Sequence record: PV037725.1 | DNA length: 64,000 nt | Reading direction: 5' to 3' (one strand) | Shown here: in pieces, positions 1 to 9,710 of the stretch | Layout of the letters: each line of letters opens with the position of its first letter | How positions within the stretch are numbered: position 1 is the first letter of the stretch | Program-made: the position numbers and the translations under genes | The notes under the pieces: model-generated | Database searches by the model: none | Told to the model about the DNA's origin: nothing | The model's input: the letters and a program-made list of their open reading frames with translations, nothing else

Positions 1-21
1 TGTACCGAGACACACAACGAA

Positions 22-363
22 ATGGCTGCTGTAACCATTAAGCTGGTTAAAGCTGAAGAAGGACTGGATGACGTAGAAGCTTTAGCCACACGTCTAATGG
101 AATTGTTCTATCGGTCACAGGTTAAGTCTAAACGTCCAGGTGAGTCTATCGATAATACCGAATGGCGCTGCCGCGTTAAAGAAGTCGACCGTACCAAACC
201 AAACAAACCTTCACGTAATGTTGATACCACGTTAGACGTTAAGCAAGCAATCCATCGCTTAGCTACTTCGTTACGCAAGCGTAGCTTCCATGTAGTGTTG
301 ACGCAGAACTGTATCCTACTGATGGACCAGAAAGCGCGCCTATTTGGGGTTACCAAAAAATAA
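22..363 (+). CDS. hypothetical protein
   Basis: 113 aa ORF converging on hairpin 373-392. Confidence 0.75.
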   Translation: MAAVTIKLVKAEEGLDDVEALATRLMELFYRSQVKSKRPGESIDNTEWRCRVKEVDRTKPNKPSRNVDTTLDVKQAIHRLATSLRKRSFHVVLTQNCILLMDQKARLFGVTKK

Positions 364-372
364 CAGCATAAA

Positions 373-392
373 GCCCAGCCATCAGGCTGGGC
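373..392. terminator. bidirectional terminator between convergent genes
   Basis: GCCCAGCC-ATCA-GGCTGGGC; left flank CATAAA gives a TTTATG tail on the minus strand. Confidence 0.75.
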
Positions 393-401
393 AATATGAC
401 G

Positions 402-2330
402 TCAACTTATTAACGTGGTGTTGGAGGCGTTGATAACATAACTGCCATCTTGGCCTTTAACAGTTCGACCCAACCCAAATAGGACGTTGGCTTTAACTGG
501 ATGAAGCTCCCAAGCAATAGTCGCCTCGCTGTAGTAGTAAACATCGTTAGTGGATGCAACAATAACAGCTGATCCAACGGTGTTAACCGCAGTGGCTTTA
601 TTAGCCTCCCATACCGCTGGAGTTGCAGGTACGTACATATTACACTCAGCTAACTGGTAATTGGTGAACCCTAAACGCGCACGCTTCATCTGTTGAAACC
701 AATTGAAATTAGTATTCAATGTACGTTGAGTTGGCGCAGTATAATTAAGGTTACCTGTACGTATAGCGTCGGCATACATAACGCTGTCTGTTAGACCCAC
801 GTAGTTTGGTACAGTACGTAATGCTTTTATAAACGTACTAACCTGACCACTCTTACTATAGACAGGTTCAAGATCAATGATCTTAATTGTAGTGGAAACG
901 TTCCACTCAAAAGGATACGTGATTTTAAACTTAATGACATCATTGTTCTTAACAGGAGTGTTCGAACCTGGACCACTAAAGAAATAATGCCTTAAATCGT
1001 TCTGCCCTACGTATCGGAAGTAACCAACCAAAACGTCATTCACATAAAGGTTACCACTGAATGGCGTACTAGGTGAATAGTCTACGGTGTAGTCAAACAT
1101 CTGTTTATATGTCGACGTGGTGGCACCAGATAACCTACCTAAGTTATCAGAGATATTGATATCAGAAGGATCGATGATAACAAACCTCATGGGTCGCATC
1201 TGAATGACACCCGCTGTGTCCTGGGTCAATACGTTAACGTAGTAGGTACCAGCTGTGGACATTTGAACTACTAGGTCTTCATCAGTGGGTACTTCCTCGT
1301 TAGTATAGATCTTTGGAAAAATAACTGATTCTGATCCACCCGCGTAAATATATTCATCATCCGACAGGTTGTCGAGTAATGGATGTGTCGCCGGTGGCCC
1401 AGGTAACCCTATCTGCCTGCGAATCTCTCCAACCAACATTGGTACCCTGTCAACGTTACCTGAGAAATAGCAATCAAATTTGGTAGCCAGTCTGTTAGCA
1501 TCCGGCACAAAACCATCACCATGCGACATCGCATCTTCCACGCTGGTAAGGTTATAATTGGTGTGGTCAGTTATAATTATAACACCACCGCCTAAAGCCC
1601 TGTATGCCGCGACGGCTGCCGCAAAGTTTTCAGTGGTGCGCCATGCCCCAGGTATCTCTGAGCCACCCTGACTAGAGATAAACACAATGTGTGTGTATTT
1701 CTGAAGTTCAGTCAGGGGTATATCAATCATTGAACCATTATACGTGTAATAAGTTGGTTCCCAATTACCTATTTTACTGATTGCGTCAAAGGTATCTCTA
1801 AATCCACAAATTTCATTAATGGCGGGTTGGCCCGGATAAGGTTTAAAGTGCGAGCCGAGTATATAGTAATCGTAGTTTTTGTCAGCGTTATTAATCAAGA
1901 GAACCTTTCGGTTACCGTTAGCCACCTCACGTGGATTCGCGCAAAAATTAAATGCATTGTACATATATTTCGACGCGCCTGTGAGGGCAGAAAAGGTGGA
2001 CGGTAACGCTGCGGGCCACTGACCGTTAACCTTCAATTCCGAGTTGTAGAATTTCGGGAAGCCTCCATCGTATACCACATTCCCTCGACCGTCCTGGGTA
2101 ACCACTAAGAACGGCCTTTGAATATCTGGCCCAACTGGACCTGTGCCACCCTGCGAGTGCGGCGGGTTTGGAGTGATGGGACCAACGTCGTAGGCTAAAA
2201 CTTCCGTAAGCACGGGGGCTTTATCTGTACGGGTAACAATCGCTTTACGAGTACCAGGTGGAAACTTAACCGTCAACGTCTGACCGGTTGTATATTGACC
2301 GGGTTCGATTGATGTAATGATATCAGCCAT
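402..2330 (-). CDS. probable virion structural / tail-fibre-like protein
   Basis: 642 aa, G/T/N/P-rich; YDGGFPKFYN motif recalled from phiKZ-like virion proteins (not verified by search). Confidence 0.5.
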   Translation of the reverse strand: MADIITSIEPGQYTTGQTLTVKFPPGTRKAIVTRTDKAPVLTEVLAYDVGPITPNPPHSQGGTGPVGPDIQRPFLVVTQDGRGNVVYDGGFPKFYNSELKVNGQWPAALPSTFSALTGASKYMYNAFNFCANPREVANGNRKVLLINNADKNYDYYILGSHFKPYPGQPAINEICGFRDTFDAISKIGNWEPTYYTYNGSMIDIPLTELQKYTHIVFISSQGGSEIPGAWRTTENFAAAVAAYRALGGGVIIITDHTNYNLTSVEDAMSHGDGFVPDANRLATKFDCYFSGNVDRVPMLVGEIRRQIGLPGPPATHPLLDNLSDDEYIYAGGSESVIFPKIYTNEEVPTDEDLVVQMSTAGTYYVNVLTQDTAGVIQMRPMRFVIIDPSDINISDNLGRLSGATTSTYKQMFDYTVDYSPSTPFSGNLYVNDVLVGYFRYVGQNDLRHYFFSGPGSNTPVKNNDVIKFKITYPFEWNVSTTIKIIDLEPVYSKSGQVSTFIKALRTVPNYVGLTDSVMYADAIRTGNLNYTAPTQRTLNTNFNWFQQMKRARLGFTNYQLAECNMYVPATPAVWEANKATAVNTVGSAVIVASTNDVYYYSEATIAWELHPVKANVLFGLGRTVKGQDGSYVINASNTTLIS

Positions 2331-2341
2331 TTGTTAATACC

Positions 2342-2707
2342 TTACTTCTTAACAGGTTTAGTAATCCGAATGTGATATGTCACCACCGCGTTAAAGTTAT
2401 TCAGGAGCGTAACTTTACCGTCAGCAGCGATTTGATACGCCAGAATAGCCTGCGCATCAATGACTGGTGGATTGGTAGTAATGGCCGGATCTACACAACG
2501 TAGTTCAATACCTAGTGAATACACATAGTAATCCGCAGGGACAAAGTCGAGTACAGTGGGTGCGTCTATAACGAGACTACCATTAGCTGGGACGGTACCA
2601 GTAATGTAATCAAACGACGATGCCCCACCCGATGTGATAGCCGATTTCACTTTAGCGAAATAGGCATTCATCTGGGTTAACATGTATTGCTTAGCAGTAG
2701 CGCTCAT
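2342..2707 (-). CDS. probable small virion protein
   Basis: 121 aa, beta-rich, co-oriented directly upstream of 402-2330. Confidence 0.45.
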   Translation of the reverse strand: MSATAKQYMLTQMNAYFAKVKSAITSGGASSFDYITGTVPANGSLVIDAPTVLDFVPADYYVYSLGIELRCVDPAITTNPPVIDAQAILAYQIAADGKVTLLNNFNAVVTYHIRITKPVKK

Positions 2708-2725
2708 TTGTATTACCTTTCATGT

Positions 2726-4882
2726 TTAACGGAGCCATGCAGGCACCATTGGTTTAACGGGTTCTTGAACCACGAAGTTGTTAAAGTCGATTGGGATATC
2801 ATAAGCTTCGAACGCTCTGGTTAATGCACTATGCAAGATACGGTTCTCATCAAAGTATTCAACCTTAAAGTCTTCAGCTGCCACATTAGTGAAAACGTCA
2901 CCCTCGACAACCGGTGCAGTTACACCAGTAATCTCAGCAACCTGTTGGGTAGACCAGGCTAAGATGTCAGCACTACGGGTTGAGATATTTGGAATCTCGC
3001 CAGTATCAAGCGTACACTGATAGACATAGGTTTGTGAATCTTGACCCAGTCGATAGATACGTGAGATAGCCTGTTCCAGAATGTAAGCCCGGAATGGAGA
3101 GTTCAACAAGATCATGGTGTCAGCAATAGTTAACCGTACACCAGTCGACAGTGAGGCGTAAGTCGCAATCAAAGGGTTAAGTTGTTTGTCATTGTCGAAG
3201 CGCTTGACATGGTTAGCCAGGTCATTAGTGTTCTTACCGTAGACGACTAGGGGTTTCATACCCAACTTGATTACCTGAGCTTCAGCGGCATCGACGGCCT
3301 CAACGAAACTGGTAAACATGATTGTCTTCTTGAGCGTAGACTCAGTGATACCCACCCAGTCGATATATGGAATCATGGCCACGTGAGCCTCAATTCGCAT
3401 ACCGCCAACAATACGACCTAACGTTTCACCTTGGATCTTGAGGTTGACGTACTTAACAACTGACTTAACATCACGGAACTGCTTGATCATGGTCTGTGGC
3501 AATAGCTTCTCAAAGACATTCTTCTCGAAGGCGTTAGCTCGTTTCATTTCGTCACCTAAGTAACGAGGATCAGGGGTTCGTGAGATTAAATGTACGAGGT
3601 GCAAGTACTCATCGAATTCAATACGTGCCTGACGGTCCTTGAGGCCACTACGAGCGATCTTAATGCATTCCTCCCAGAACCGCATGTCTTGATCACGACG
3701 CTTCTGGTAATAGGCTGTACGCTCTTTAATGAAGGCTTCCATTACTTTACGAATAGCTGGAAGGGTGAAGCGTTCGCCATCTGGAATCTTGATTGGGTAA
3801 GGTCGCATGATTGGTGGCAGTAGTTCATCAGAGATCTCAGACTTCTCAATCTTGTAACTTACCAACCCCAAGCGGTGCCGAATAATGTCAAGACCCTTAG
3901 AGGCTTCTTTACCGTAGATCTTCTTAAAGATAGCTTCCACGTTCGGTGTGAACAATGGATCGACTACACGCAGTAGAGTAATGATCTCTGCGCCCAGTGC
4001 TTTGACGGGTGTACCGGAACCTTGAATGTTGTTTTCTGAACCAAGGAACTTCACCAGACTTTGATACAACATCGACCTCGCTGAGTTAGGGTCGTTCATG
4101 TTGTGGGATTCGTCAAGGATCGTAGTGACCTTCTTACCTTGATAGATAGTCGGATCTTCCAGTAGCTCCTGTAACTTGTTCATCGCGTCGTAGTGACAGA
4201 TAATCCAACGTTGCCCGGTATAGGCCATTGGTGATCCAGTGTGCCAGATCGATTGAGGGGTTTTGAACATCTCATTAACCGACTCGACCCAAACCGTTTC
4301 AAGTACCGACTTAGGACAGAATACAACAATGAGTTCAGAACCCAGCATCTCGGCAATAGCCGACATCATGTAAGTCTTACCAGAACCTGGGGCACCCGCG
4401 ATCAAGTCACCTTTTAGACCATACTGATCCAAGCGATAGCTATAGTTCTTGAAGTACTCCATCTGGTAAGGTTTAACAGTGAGGTTCATGTTAGACAGTT
4501 TACGGAAGTCCAATCGACCTACAACCGATGCGGTATCAGGTGGAATGGTATTCTTCAACCATGTCTTTTCCATCATCCCTTCAATGATGCCATTGATAGC
4601 ACGAATGCTCGTCCAACGGTGACGGTAGTTCTTGATGTTCTCAAGGATGTAAGTAATCTCAGGAGCAAAGAACTTATAGAAGCTAAATGACCCACCACTC
4701 ACGGTGTTGAAGATGTTCTGTGAGATCCGTGTAGTCTTCCAATACTTATCCATGTCTCGGACAATGTCTTTGGCTCGAATACCAGATACCACGATCTCAG
4801 TGCTAGTCTCCTTAATAGTGACTCCACCGAACAGTGTTCTGAATTGATCAATCATGTTGGTTGCTCTTGAGTTAATAATCAT
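2726..4882 (-). CDS. SF2 (SNF2/DEAD-like) helicase
   Basis: Walker A GAPGSGKT, Walker B LDESH, SGTP, motif V STGVRLT, motif VI QAISRIYRLGQ; start may be a few codons downstream. Confidence 0.9.
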   Translation of the reverse strand: MIINSRATNMIDQFRTLFGGVTIKETSTEIVVSGIRAKDIVRDMDKYWKTTRISQNIFNTVSGGSFSFYKFFAPEITYILENIKNYRHRWTSIRAINGIIEGMMEKTWLKNTIPPDTASVVGRLDFRKLSNMNLTVKPYQMEYFKNYSYRLDQYGLKGDLIAGAPGSGKTYMMSAIAEMLGSELIVVFCPKSVLETVWVESVNEMFKTPQSIWHTGSPMAYTGQRWIICHYDAMNKLQELLEDPTIYQGKKVTTILDESHNMNDPNSARSMLYQSLVKFLGSENNIQGSGTPVKALGAEIITLLRVVDPLFTPNVEAIFKKIYGKEASKGLDIIRHRLGLVSYKIEKSEISDELLPPIMRPYPIKIPDGERFTLPAIRKVMEAFIKERTAYYQKRRDQDMRFWEECIKIARSGLKDRQARIEFDEYLHLVHLISRTPDPRYLGDEMKRANAFEKNVFEKLLPQTMIKQFRDVKSVVKYVNLKIQGETLGRIVGGMRIEAHVAMIPYIDWVGITESTLKKTIMFTSFVEAVDAAEAQVIKLGMKPLVVYGKNTNDLANHVKRFDNDKQLNPLIATYASLSTGVRLTIADTMILLNSPFRAYILEQAISRIYRLGQDSQTYVYQCTLDTGEIPNISTRSADILAWSTQQVAEITGVTAPVVEGDVFTNVAAEDFKVEYFDENRILHSALTRAFEAYDIPIDFNNFVVQEPVKPMVPAWLR

Positions 4883-4920
4883 AAAATGGTGGGTGTTTAG
4901 TGTATTAAGGCATTGGCTAG

Positions 4921-4965
4921 ATTATACTTGAAAAGCTTATGCTAATGAGGGGGAGGTACCCTCCC
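4921..4965 (+). promoter_or_regulatory. candidate second-class promoter with leader hairpin
   Basis: ATTATACTTG (also at 5704) ... CTAATG, then hairpin GGGAGG-TAC-CCTCCC; same layout at 63909-63956. Confidence 0.35.
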
Positions 4966-5014
4966 TAAGTTTATTTTAATAAACTATTAGCGTTAGCTAA
5001 TACCCTTATTGCTT

Positions 5015-5052
5015 ATTAGAACTCCTTTAGGGAGTATATTACACTGGTGAAT
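5015..5052 (+). promoter_or_regulatory. early promoter
   Basis: ATTAGAA-N4-TTT-N6-TATATTAC-N4-GTGAAT. Confidence 0.85.
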
Positions 5053-5082
5053 ACTCAAGCCTTATATAGAGGAGCAATTCTT

Positions 5083-5445
5083 ATGGAATTGAAAATCAAA
5101 CAGTTACGTGAAGACACGACTGTAGCGATATTCACCTGGCTGTCTAACCAAGTAGGTCAGACTGACATCGTGATGGATCGTGAGCACTTTGATAATCCAT
5201 TGAAGGATTACATCACATTCACGAACCCCCGTACAAAACGGGTAGTTAAGCTGCGGGCCAAGACGTACCATTATTTGGTGCACTTCATGGACCACACTAA
5301 TGAGAACGGTTATTTCCACTTGGAACTGGACTATGGTCGCCCAGTATCGGAAGCGGCTGAGATCATCCTGAAATACCTCACGAGTGATCTTCAACCCGCA
5401 CCATTTAAAGAATGGGTTAAAGCACTCATTTCAACGATGGACTAA
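5083..5445 (+). CDS. hypothetical protein
   Basis: GAGGA RBS before ATG 5083; flanked by promoter and terminator. Confidence 0.8.
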   Translation: MELKIKQLREDTTVAIFTWLSNQVGQTDIVMDREHFDNPLKDYITFTNPRTKRVVKLRAKTYHYLVHFMDHTNENGYFHLELDYGRPVSEAAEIILKYLTSDLQPAPFKEWVKALISTMD

Positions 5446-5451
5446 TAGCGC

Positions 5452-5490
5452 GCTCCCTTCGGGGAGCAGCCTACTTATTTCTTTTTTTAC
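5452..5490 (+). terminator. intrinsic terminator
   Basis: GCTCCC-TTCG-GGGAGC followed by T-rich run. Confidence 0.8.
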
Positions 5491-5515
5491 AAAGATATAC
5501 TCTTAGCATGATATT

Positions 5516-5692
5516 ATAGTCATGAAGGCAGTCCGTGCAAATACGCACTGCATACGAGGGGGTGATCCAGCCATAGGTGACCTGGTACGTAAAAGCATCG
5601 GCGAGAGCTAACGCGAGTACCTAACTACGAGCCTTGTGACTATCGTCAACACTAATCTAGTTGACGGGTATCTGGCCTCCCTTCGGGGAGGC
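5516..5692 (+). ncRNA. candidate structured non-coding RNA
   Basis: 13-bp closing helix 5516-5529/5631-5643, internal hairpins, hairpin 5644-5666, terminator 5675-5692; no credible plus-strand ORF. Confidence 0.5.
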
Positions 5693-5698
5693 TTTATG
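5675..5698 (+). terminator. intrinsic terminator
   Basis: GCCTCCC-TTCG-GGGAGGC-TTTATG. Confidence 0.85.
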
Positions 5699-5703
5699 CC
5701 GTA

Positions 5704-5728
5704 ATTATACTTGGGTGGATATGTTGTG
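5704..5728 (+). promoter_or_regulatory. candidate second-class (middle-type) promoter
   Basis: TACT-N5-GGATAT-N4-TG, matches 9664 and 14013. Confidence 0.45.
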
Positions 5729-5763
5729 TAGGTAATGTTGCCTACGCTAATAGAGTAATCAAA

Positions 5764-6489
5764 ATGAATGATGTTACTACAATCAATGACCAAGCTCTGG
5801 CTTTGATACAAGTAGCGTTAGATCCGGCTAACGTACCGTTCTTCGCTACCAATACACCTGAATATTACATGCAACATCGCACCGCAGGGTTTACAGTCCC
5901 AGATAAAATGGTTGACTATACCCTGTTCAGAGACGTTCTTACCGATCAAGATTGTGTTGCGCGCATTATCGTACCCAACATTGACGGCTGGGCTATAATG
6001 CGGGATACGTTCAATCATGAGTTGGGTCAAGTATCTAAATTCCGAGTGCATAATAGTGAAGGGCATGTGATTGATGCGTATACCCATGGAAGTAAACCAC
6101 ATCTAAAGTTAGCTAAGACTTTAGGTATTGATCCTAATCATAAAGACATAATCAAGTTATCACCCATTACTTTTATGGTAGAGGGAGTGACTAAAGAAAC
6201 ACCTCGCGGCTTTAGCTTCGAGGGTCAGGCTGAACGTAATGGTTTCGTAGTAAAGCAACTGATGGCTAAATATCTAGGTAAAGTAGAGATGTTTAATCAT
6301 ATCGCACACTCGATCGAACATGATCGAGAAGCCATCCCATTATTGAGGAAGACTGACGAACGTGTCCCACTTGATCTAGTGGTGATCTACGAAGCGCGTA
6401 GGTTCTTTGATCGTGTACGACGTAACAAGTTCTATACATGGCTGGCTACCCAGGCACATTCCAAAACCACAGTCATCCTGATCAACTAA
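5764..6489 (+). CDS. hypothetical protein
   Basis: 241 aa ORF ending at terminator. Confidence 0.8.
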   Translation: MNDVTTINDQALALIQVALDPANVPFFATNTPEYYMQHRTAGFTVPDKMVDYTLFRDVLTDQDCVARIIVPNIDGWAIMRDTFNHELGQVSKFRVHNSEGHVIDAYTHGSKPHLKLAKTLGIDPNHKDIIKLSPITFMVEGVTKETPRGFSFEGQAERNGFVVKQLMAKYLGKVEMFNHIAHSIEHDREAIPLLRKTDERVPLDLVVIYEARRFFDRVRRNKFYTWLATQAHSKTTVILIN

Positions 6490-6495
6490 TAACTG

Positions 6496-6520
6496 AGCCC
6501 AAGCAATGCTTGGGCTTTAT
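6496..6520 (+). terminator. intrinsic terminator
   Basis: AGCCCAAGC-AAT-GCTTGGGCT-TTAT. Confidence 0.8.
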
Positions 6521-6525
6521 ACCGC

Positions 6526-6563
6526 AATACAAATAAATTCAAATTTATATTACTACTGTGAAT
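6526..6563 (+). promoter_or_regulatory. early promoter
   Basis: AATACAA-N13-TATATTAC-TACT-GTGAAT. Confidence 0.85.
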
Positions 6564-6568
6564 ATTAA

Positions 6569-7018
6569 ATGAGGTTACTCACAGTGTCTAAATTTAAAGA
6601 TCGATCTTTTCAAATCCTGCTAGCCATAACCCTAGCTTTGTGTAGTTTGTCAGTTTACATCAATCAAAACAATGACTATCTGACGTATCGCGATGTCAAC
6701 GTAACCTACATTGATCGACATGCTTCTAACAGTTGTCATAAAGGTAGTTGTCGTGATAACCTTACTGGATTATTCAGGACTGATGAAGGTTACTTCTTTG
6801 AACGGCCTATCGGTCTATACACGTACAGTCAAATGCACCTAGGTGAAAAGTTTCCTTTGACCCTACGGCCCATGGACATTAAACAAACCTCGTACGATAA
6901 CATCGTGTGGATGATTGGACCTATTATTCTTTACGCAATTAGTTTCGTACTGAGCTGTTTGACCATTTACTGCTTTTTCGAAAAACCTACCCCAGAGGAC
7001 AAATACAATGGATATTAA
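6569..7018 (+). CDS. hypothetical membrane protein
   Basis: N- and C-terminal hydrophobic helices. Confidence 0.75.
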   Translation: MRLLTVSKFKDRSFQILLAITLALCSLSVYINQNNDYLTYRDVNVTYIDRHASNSCHKGSCRDNLTGLFRTDEGYFFERPIGLYTYSQMHLGEKFPLTLRPMDIKQTSYDNIVWMIGPIILYAISFVLSCLTIYCFFEKPTPEDKYNGY

Positions 7019-7355
7019 TAGCAAACTCGATGTACAGTTCTTCAACTATGGCCTTGATCGTAGTGAAGACGATAAAGTCGATGCTAGTAAATACATGCGC
7101 GTAGATCGCTGTTGGAATATTTACTTCCATGGTTTCATGGATCAGTTCGATGACATTGCTTATGTAAAGGTACCTACTGCAATTGAGCCGGGTATCTACG
7201 ATGTAGTTACTTACGGTATCCCGGCAGTACTGTTCGTATGGAAGTACACCAAAGAACACGATCGTGACCTCAAGGGTTTGATCGTAAAAGCTGATGATGC
7301 TGAGATGCTTGAGAATGCTCGCGTTAAATACACCAACAACCAATACTTTATCTAA
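7008..7355 (+). CDS. hypothetical protein
   Basis: coupled ORF. Confidence 0.75.
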   Translation: MDINSKLDVQFFNYGLDRSEDDKVDASKYMRVDRCWNIYFHGFMDQFDDIAYVKVPTAIEPGIYDVVTYGIPAVLFVWKYTKEHDRDLKGLIVKADDAEMLENARVKYTNNQYFI

Positions 7356-7768
7356 TGGAATCCAACATGAGTATCGAAAACGAAACAATGAATGACCGTG
7401 GTTTCAAAGGTGGTAAGTTTACAGACCGTTATGGCGCACAATGCTCGATCAGTGAGTCGTCCTTAGCCGTTTGTGAAGGTGAAGACAAGGGTGGTTACTG
7501 TATCTGGTTGGGTGTCGACAAGCCAGAATGCAAAGTAATGGTACCTGGTCAAGGTTGGACTGACCACGTGATCCCTGAAGATGCAGTACACTCTGGGCGA
7601 ATGCACTTATCTCAAAAGACTGTAGCTGAGCTGATTCCACACCTCCAGTATTTCGTGGAGACTGGTTATCTGCCAACTCCCGGTCAACATGACGAGTTCG
7701 TTAAACATCTTGATGAAAATCGGGTGCAAGATATCGTCAACGAATTCTTTGCCGAGGTATCAACGTAA
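7355..7768 (+). CDS. conserved phage hypothetical protein
   Basis: RGF..F.DRYG..CS..ESSLA...IWLG...RMHL pattern recalled from many phages. Confidence 0.75.
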   Translation: MESNMSIENETMNDRGFKGGKFTDRYGAQCSISESSLAVCEGEDKGGYCIWLGVDKPECKVMVPGQGWTDHVIPEDAVHSGRMHLSQKTVAELIPHLQYFVETGYLPTPGQHDEFVKHLDENRVQDIVNEFFAEVST

Positions 7769-8193
7769 TGCTATTTACACCGAACATCGTCAGCCGTTCT
7801 GGGTTCCGCATTGAAGTGGCACCCACTACTAAGTTGGGCAAGCAACTCAAATCACTGAGTGTGTATCTACGTAATCGTTCTGACGCAGTCGGGCCACTGA
7901 CACGAAAGACGTGGGTTAGTGGACCAATGATTGGATTCGTATCAGGTAAGTGGACGGTAAGACCTAGTGGAGCAATTAGCTTCAAAGGTACGTCATCGGT
8001 AGCTGGTGATATCGAATACCTCTATGGTAGGCTCACAATTGGCCATTTCCTAGATAAGCCTGGGCATCAGGTTTGTCTGAGTCGTGATAAGGCCATCAAG
8101 TTTATGTCAACCATTATTCAGGCAATGTATCCATACGTGGGTAGTAACCTGACTGAGAAAGACCTTAACCTCAAAATGACAGTAGGGAAATAA
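7768..8193 (+). CDS. hypothetical protein
   Basis: coupled ORF (TAATG). Confidence 0.7.
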   Translation: MLFTPNIVSRSGFRIEVAPTTKLGKQLKSLSVYLRNRSDAVGPLTRKTWVSGPMIGFVSGKWTVRPSGAISFKGTSSVAGDIEYLYGRLTIGHFLDKPGHQVCLSRDKAIKFMSTIIQAMYPYVGSNLTEKDLNLKMTVGK

Positions 8194-8194
8194 A

Positions 8195-9103
8195 ATGGGC
8201 TGTGATATCCACCCAAACTTCGAAAAACGTGTAACTCGTGAAGATGGTACAAAGGTCTGGGAAAAGATCGATCACCAATACGAGGCGAATCGGCACTACT
8301 TCCTATTCGGTTGGCTAGCTAACGTCCGTAATGGTTACGGTTTTGCTGGGTGTGATACTGGTGATGGTATCAAACCACTGGCCCTACCGCGTGGCTTACC
8401 AGATGACATCGCTTGTAGCGACCCTGAACCACCATACGTCGATGACTGGAAAAGTCCAGAATACAAACGTTGGGAAGAATGGTACCGTGACAATGACTAC
8501 GGTGATCATTCCCAGAGTTGGTTGACTGGCGAAGAGATCATGAAAGGTCTTGAGGAAGTTGGTGGGACACGTAAACGTGGCGTATTAACTTTGGCACAGT
8601 ATGCTGCGTGGGACCGTAAAAGCCAACCTGAAAGTTGGTGTGGTGCTATCAGTGGTGGGCGACAGATCACCATTGACTTTAATAAAGCCAATCAGATTGA
8701 TCCTAAGGTGCTGAACAACATCAAGGGTATCGCTGATGCACTTACTGTGGTAGGTAAGTCGGGTCGTTGGACACGGAAACGTAAGACGGTTGAAGTGCGC
8801 CCGCGCCATGGTAAGTGGCATAGCGATTACTATGTTACAGAGAAAAACCCTAAACGGGGTTGGGCTGACATTACTGAGTTCAAGCAAGAATGGGTCAGCG
8901 AGTACAAAATAAAGCCATCGAAAGCTAAACAGCAGAAGAAGCTTGCTAAGTACGCTGATCGTTTCGGTAGTATTAATGTCGCAGTACAATGGACATTGGA
9001 TAACAAAGCTGTACGCGAAGAGTTTGCATACTTCACTGATGAAGTTGCACGTCTCATGAAAGAACACGGTGAAATCCGTATGGTATTTGGTTTCGATTCT
9101 TAA
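8195..9103 (+). CDS. conserved phage hypothetical protein (MGCDIH-start family)
   Basis: MGCDIH, R.Y.LF..LANVR, PRGLPDD, HSQSWLT, C-terminal RMVFGFDS. Confidence 0.8.
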   Translation: MGCDIHPNFEKRVTREDGTKVWEKIDHQYEANRHYFLFGWLANVRNGYGFAGCDTGDGIKPLALPRGLPDDIACSDPEPPYVDDWKSPEYKRWEEWYRDNDYGDHSQSWLTGEEIMKGLEEVGGTRKRGVLTLAQYAAWDRKSQPESWCGAISGGRQITIDFNKANQIDPKVLNNIKGIADALTVVGKSGRWTRKRKTVEVRPRHGKWHSDYYVTEKNPKRGWADITEFKQEWVSEYKIKPSKAKQQKKLAKYADRFGSINVAVQWTLDNKAVREEFAYFTDEVARLMKEHGEIRMVFGFDS

Positions 9104-9115
9104 TTGGAGGCGGTA

Positions 9116-9658
9116 ATGAGTAAGTGGGTAATTGTTAAGTTAACAGTCGGTCAAGTACTGATGTTGACCAAGACCGGTACGTCTTTTACTGACAATGTAA
9201 AAGAAGCAATGCACTTTGATAGTGAGACGGATGCTATTCTGTTTTCGGCTACTATTAAAACACCAACACTGGTTCATCAACTGGCTGATGATCTTGAGCC
9301 TGAGCCTGAGTTCTATTTCCCTAAACCAGACTTCTTTGAATCTTCGCCAGATCTAATGGATCTCAAAACTTTGGTTGAAATGATTCGAGCACCTGACTTA
9401 CTGGAATTCTTCGTCCCGGTAGATAAAATTACTGGTGCATGCCAGATGACCGGCGGGGGTATTAGTGATCCAATCACTGGTCGCATTAGTGGTCGATACT
9501 ATCAGTTCAGTTTCGATCAATGCTTGAGTGATTCTGATACAGTTCGGTTAAACGATATTGTTCGCATTACTGGCGGGTGGGACTACATGGAATACAAGCG
9601 TATTCGTTTGGGGTTCACTGAGTATGCGGTATTGACCCTCAAGGTTAAAATGCCCTGA
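9116..9658 (+). CDS. hypothetical protein
   Basis: GGAGG RBS before ATG 9116. Confidence 0.75.
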   Translation: MSKWVIVKLTVGQVLMLTKTGTSFTDNVKEAMHFDSETDAILFSATIKTPTLVHQLADDLEPEPEFYFPKPDFFESSPDLMDLKTLVEMIRAPDLLEFFVPVDKITGACQMTGGGISDPITGRISGRYYQFSFDQCLSDSDTVRLNDIVRITGGWDYMEYKRIRLGFTEYAVLTLKVKMP

Positions 9659-9663
9659 TTAAC

Positions 9664-9684
9664 TACTGGTTGGGATATCCTATG
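9664..9684 (+). promoter_or_regulatory. candidate second-class promoter
   Basis: TACT-N5-GGATAT-CCTATG. Confidence 0.45.
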
Positions 9685-9710
9685 ATGTTCACTTAATTTA
9701 AAGGTGCTTA

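Noticed and set aside
5516-5692. tmRNA, SRP RNA, tRNA or hammerhead identity for the ncRNA candidate
   Set aside because: No T-arm or CCA end, the SRP-like GTAA/AGCA segment lacks its pairing stem, and there is no CUGANGA core
5608-5811. Minus-strand 67-aa ORF over the ncRNA region
   Set aside because: It overlaps a plus-strand gene start and terminator and has no convincing RBS; kept only as an alternative to test
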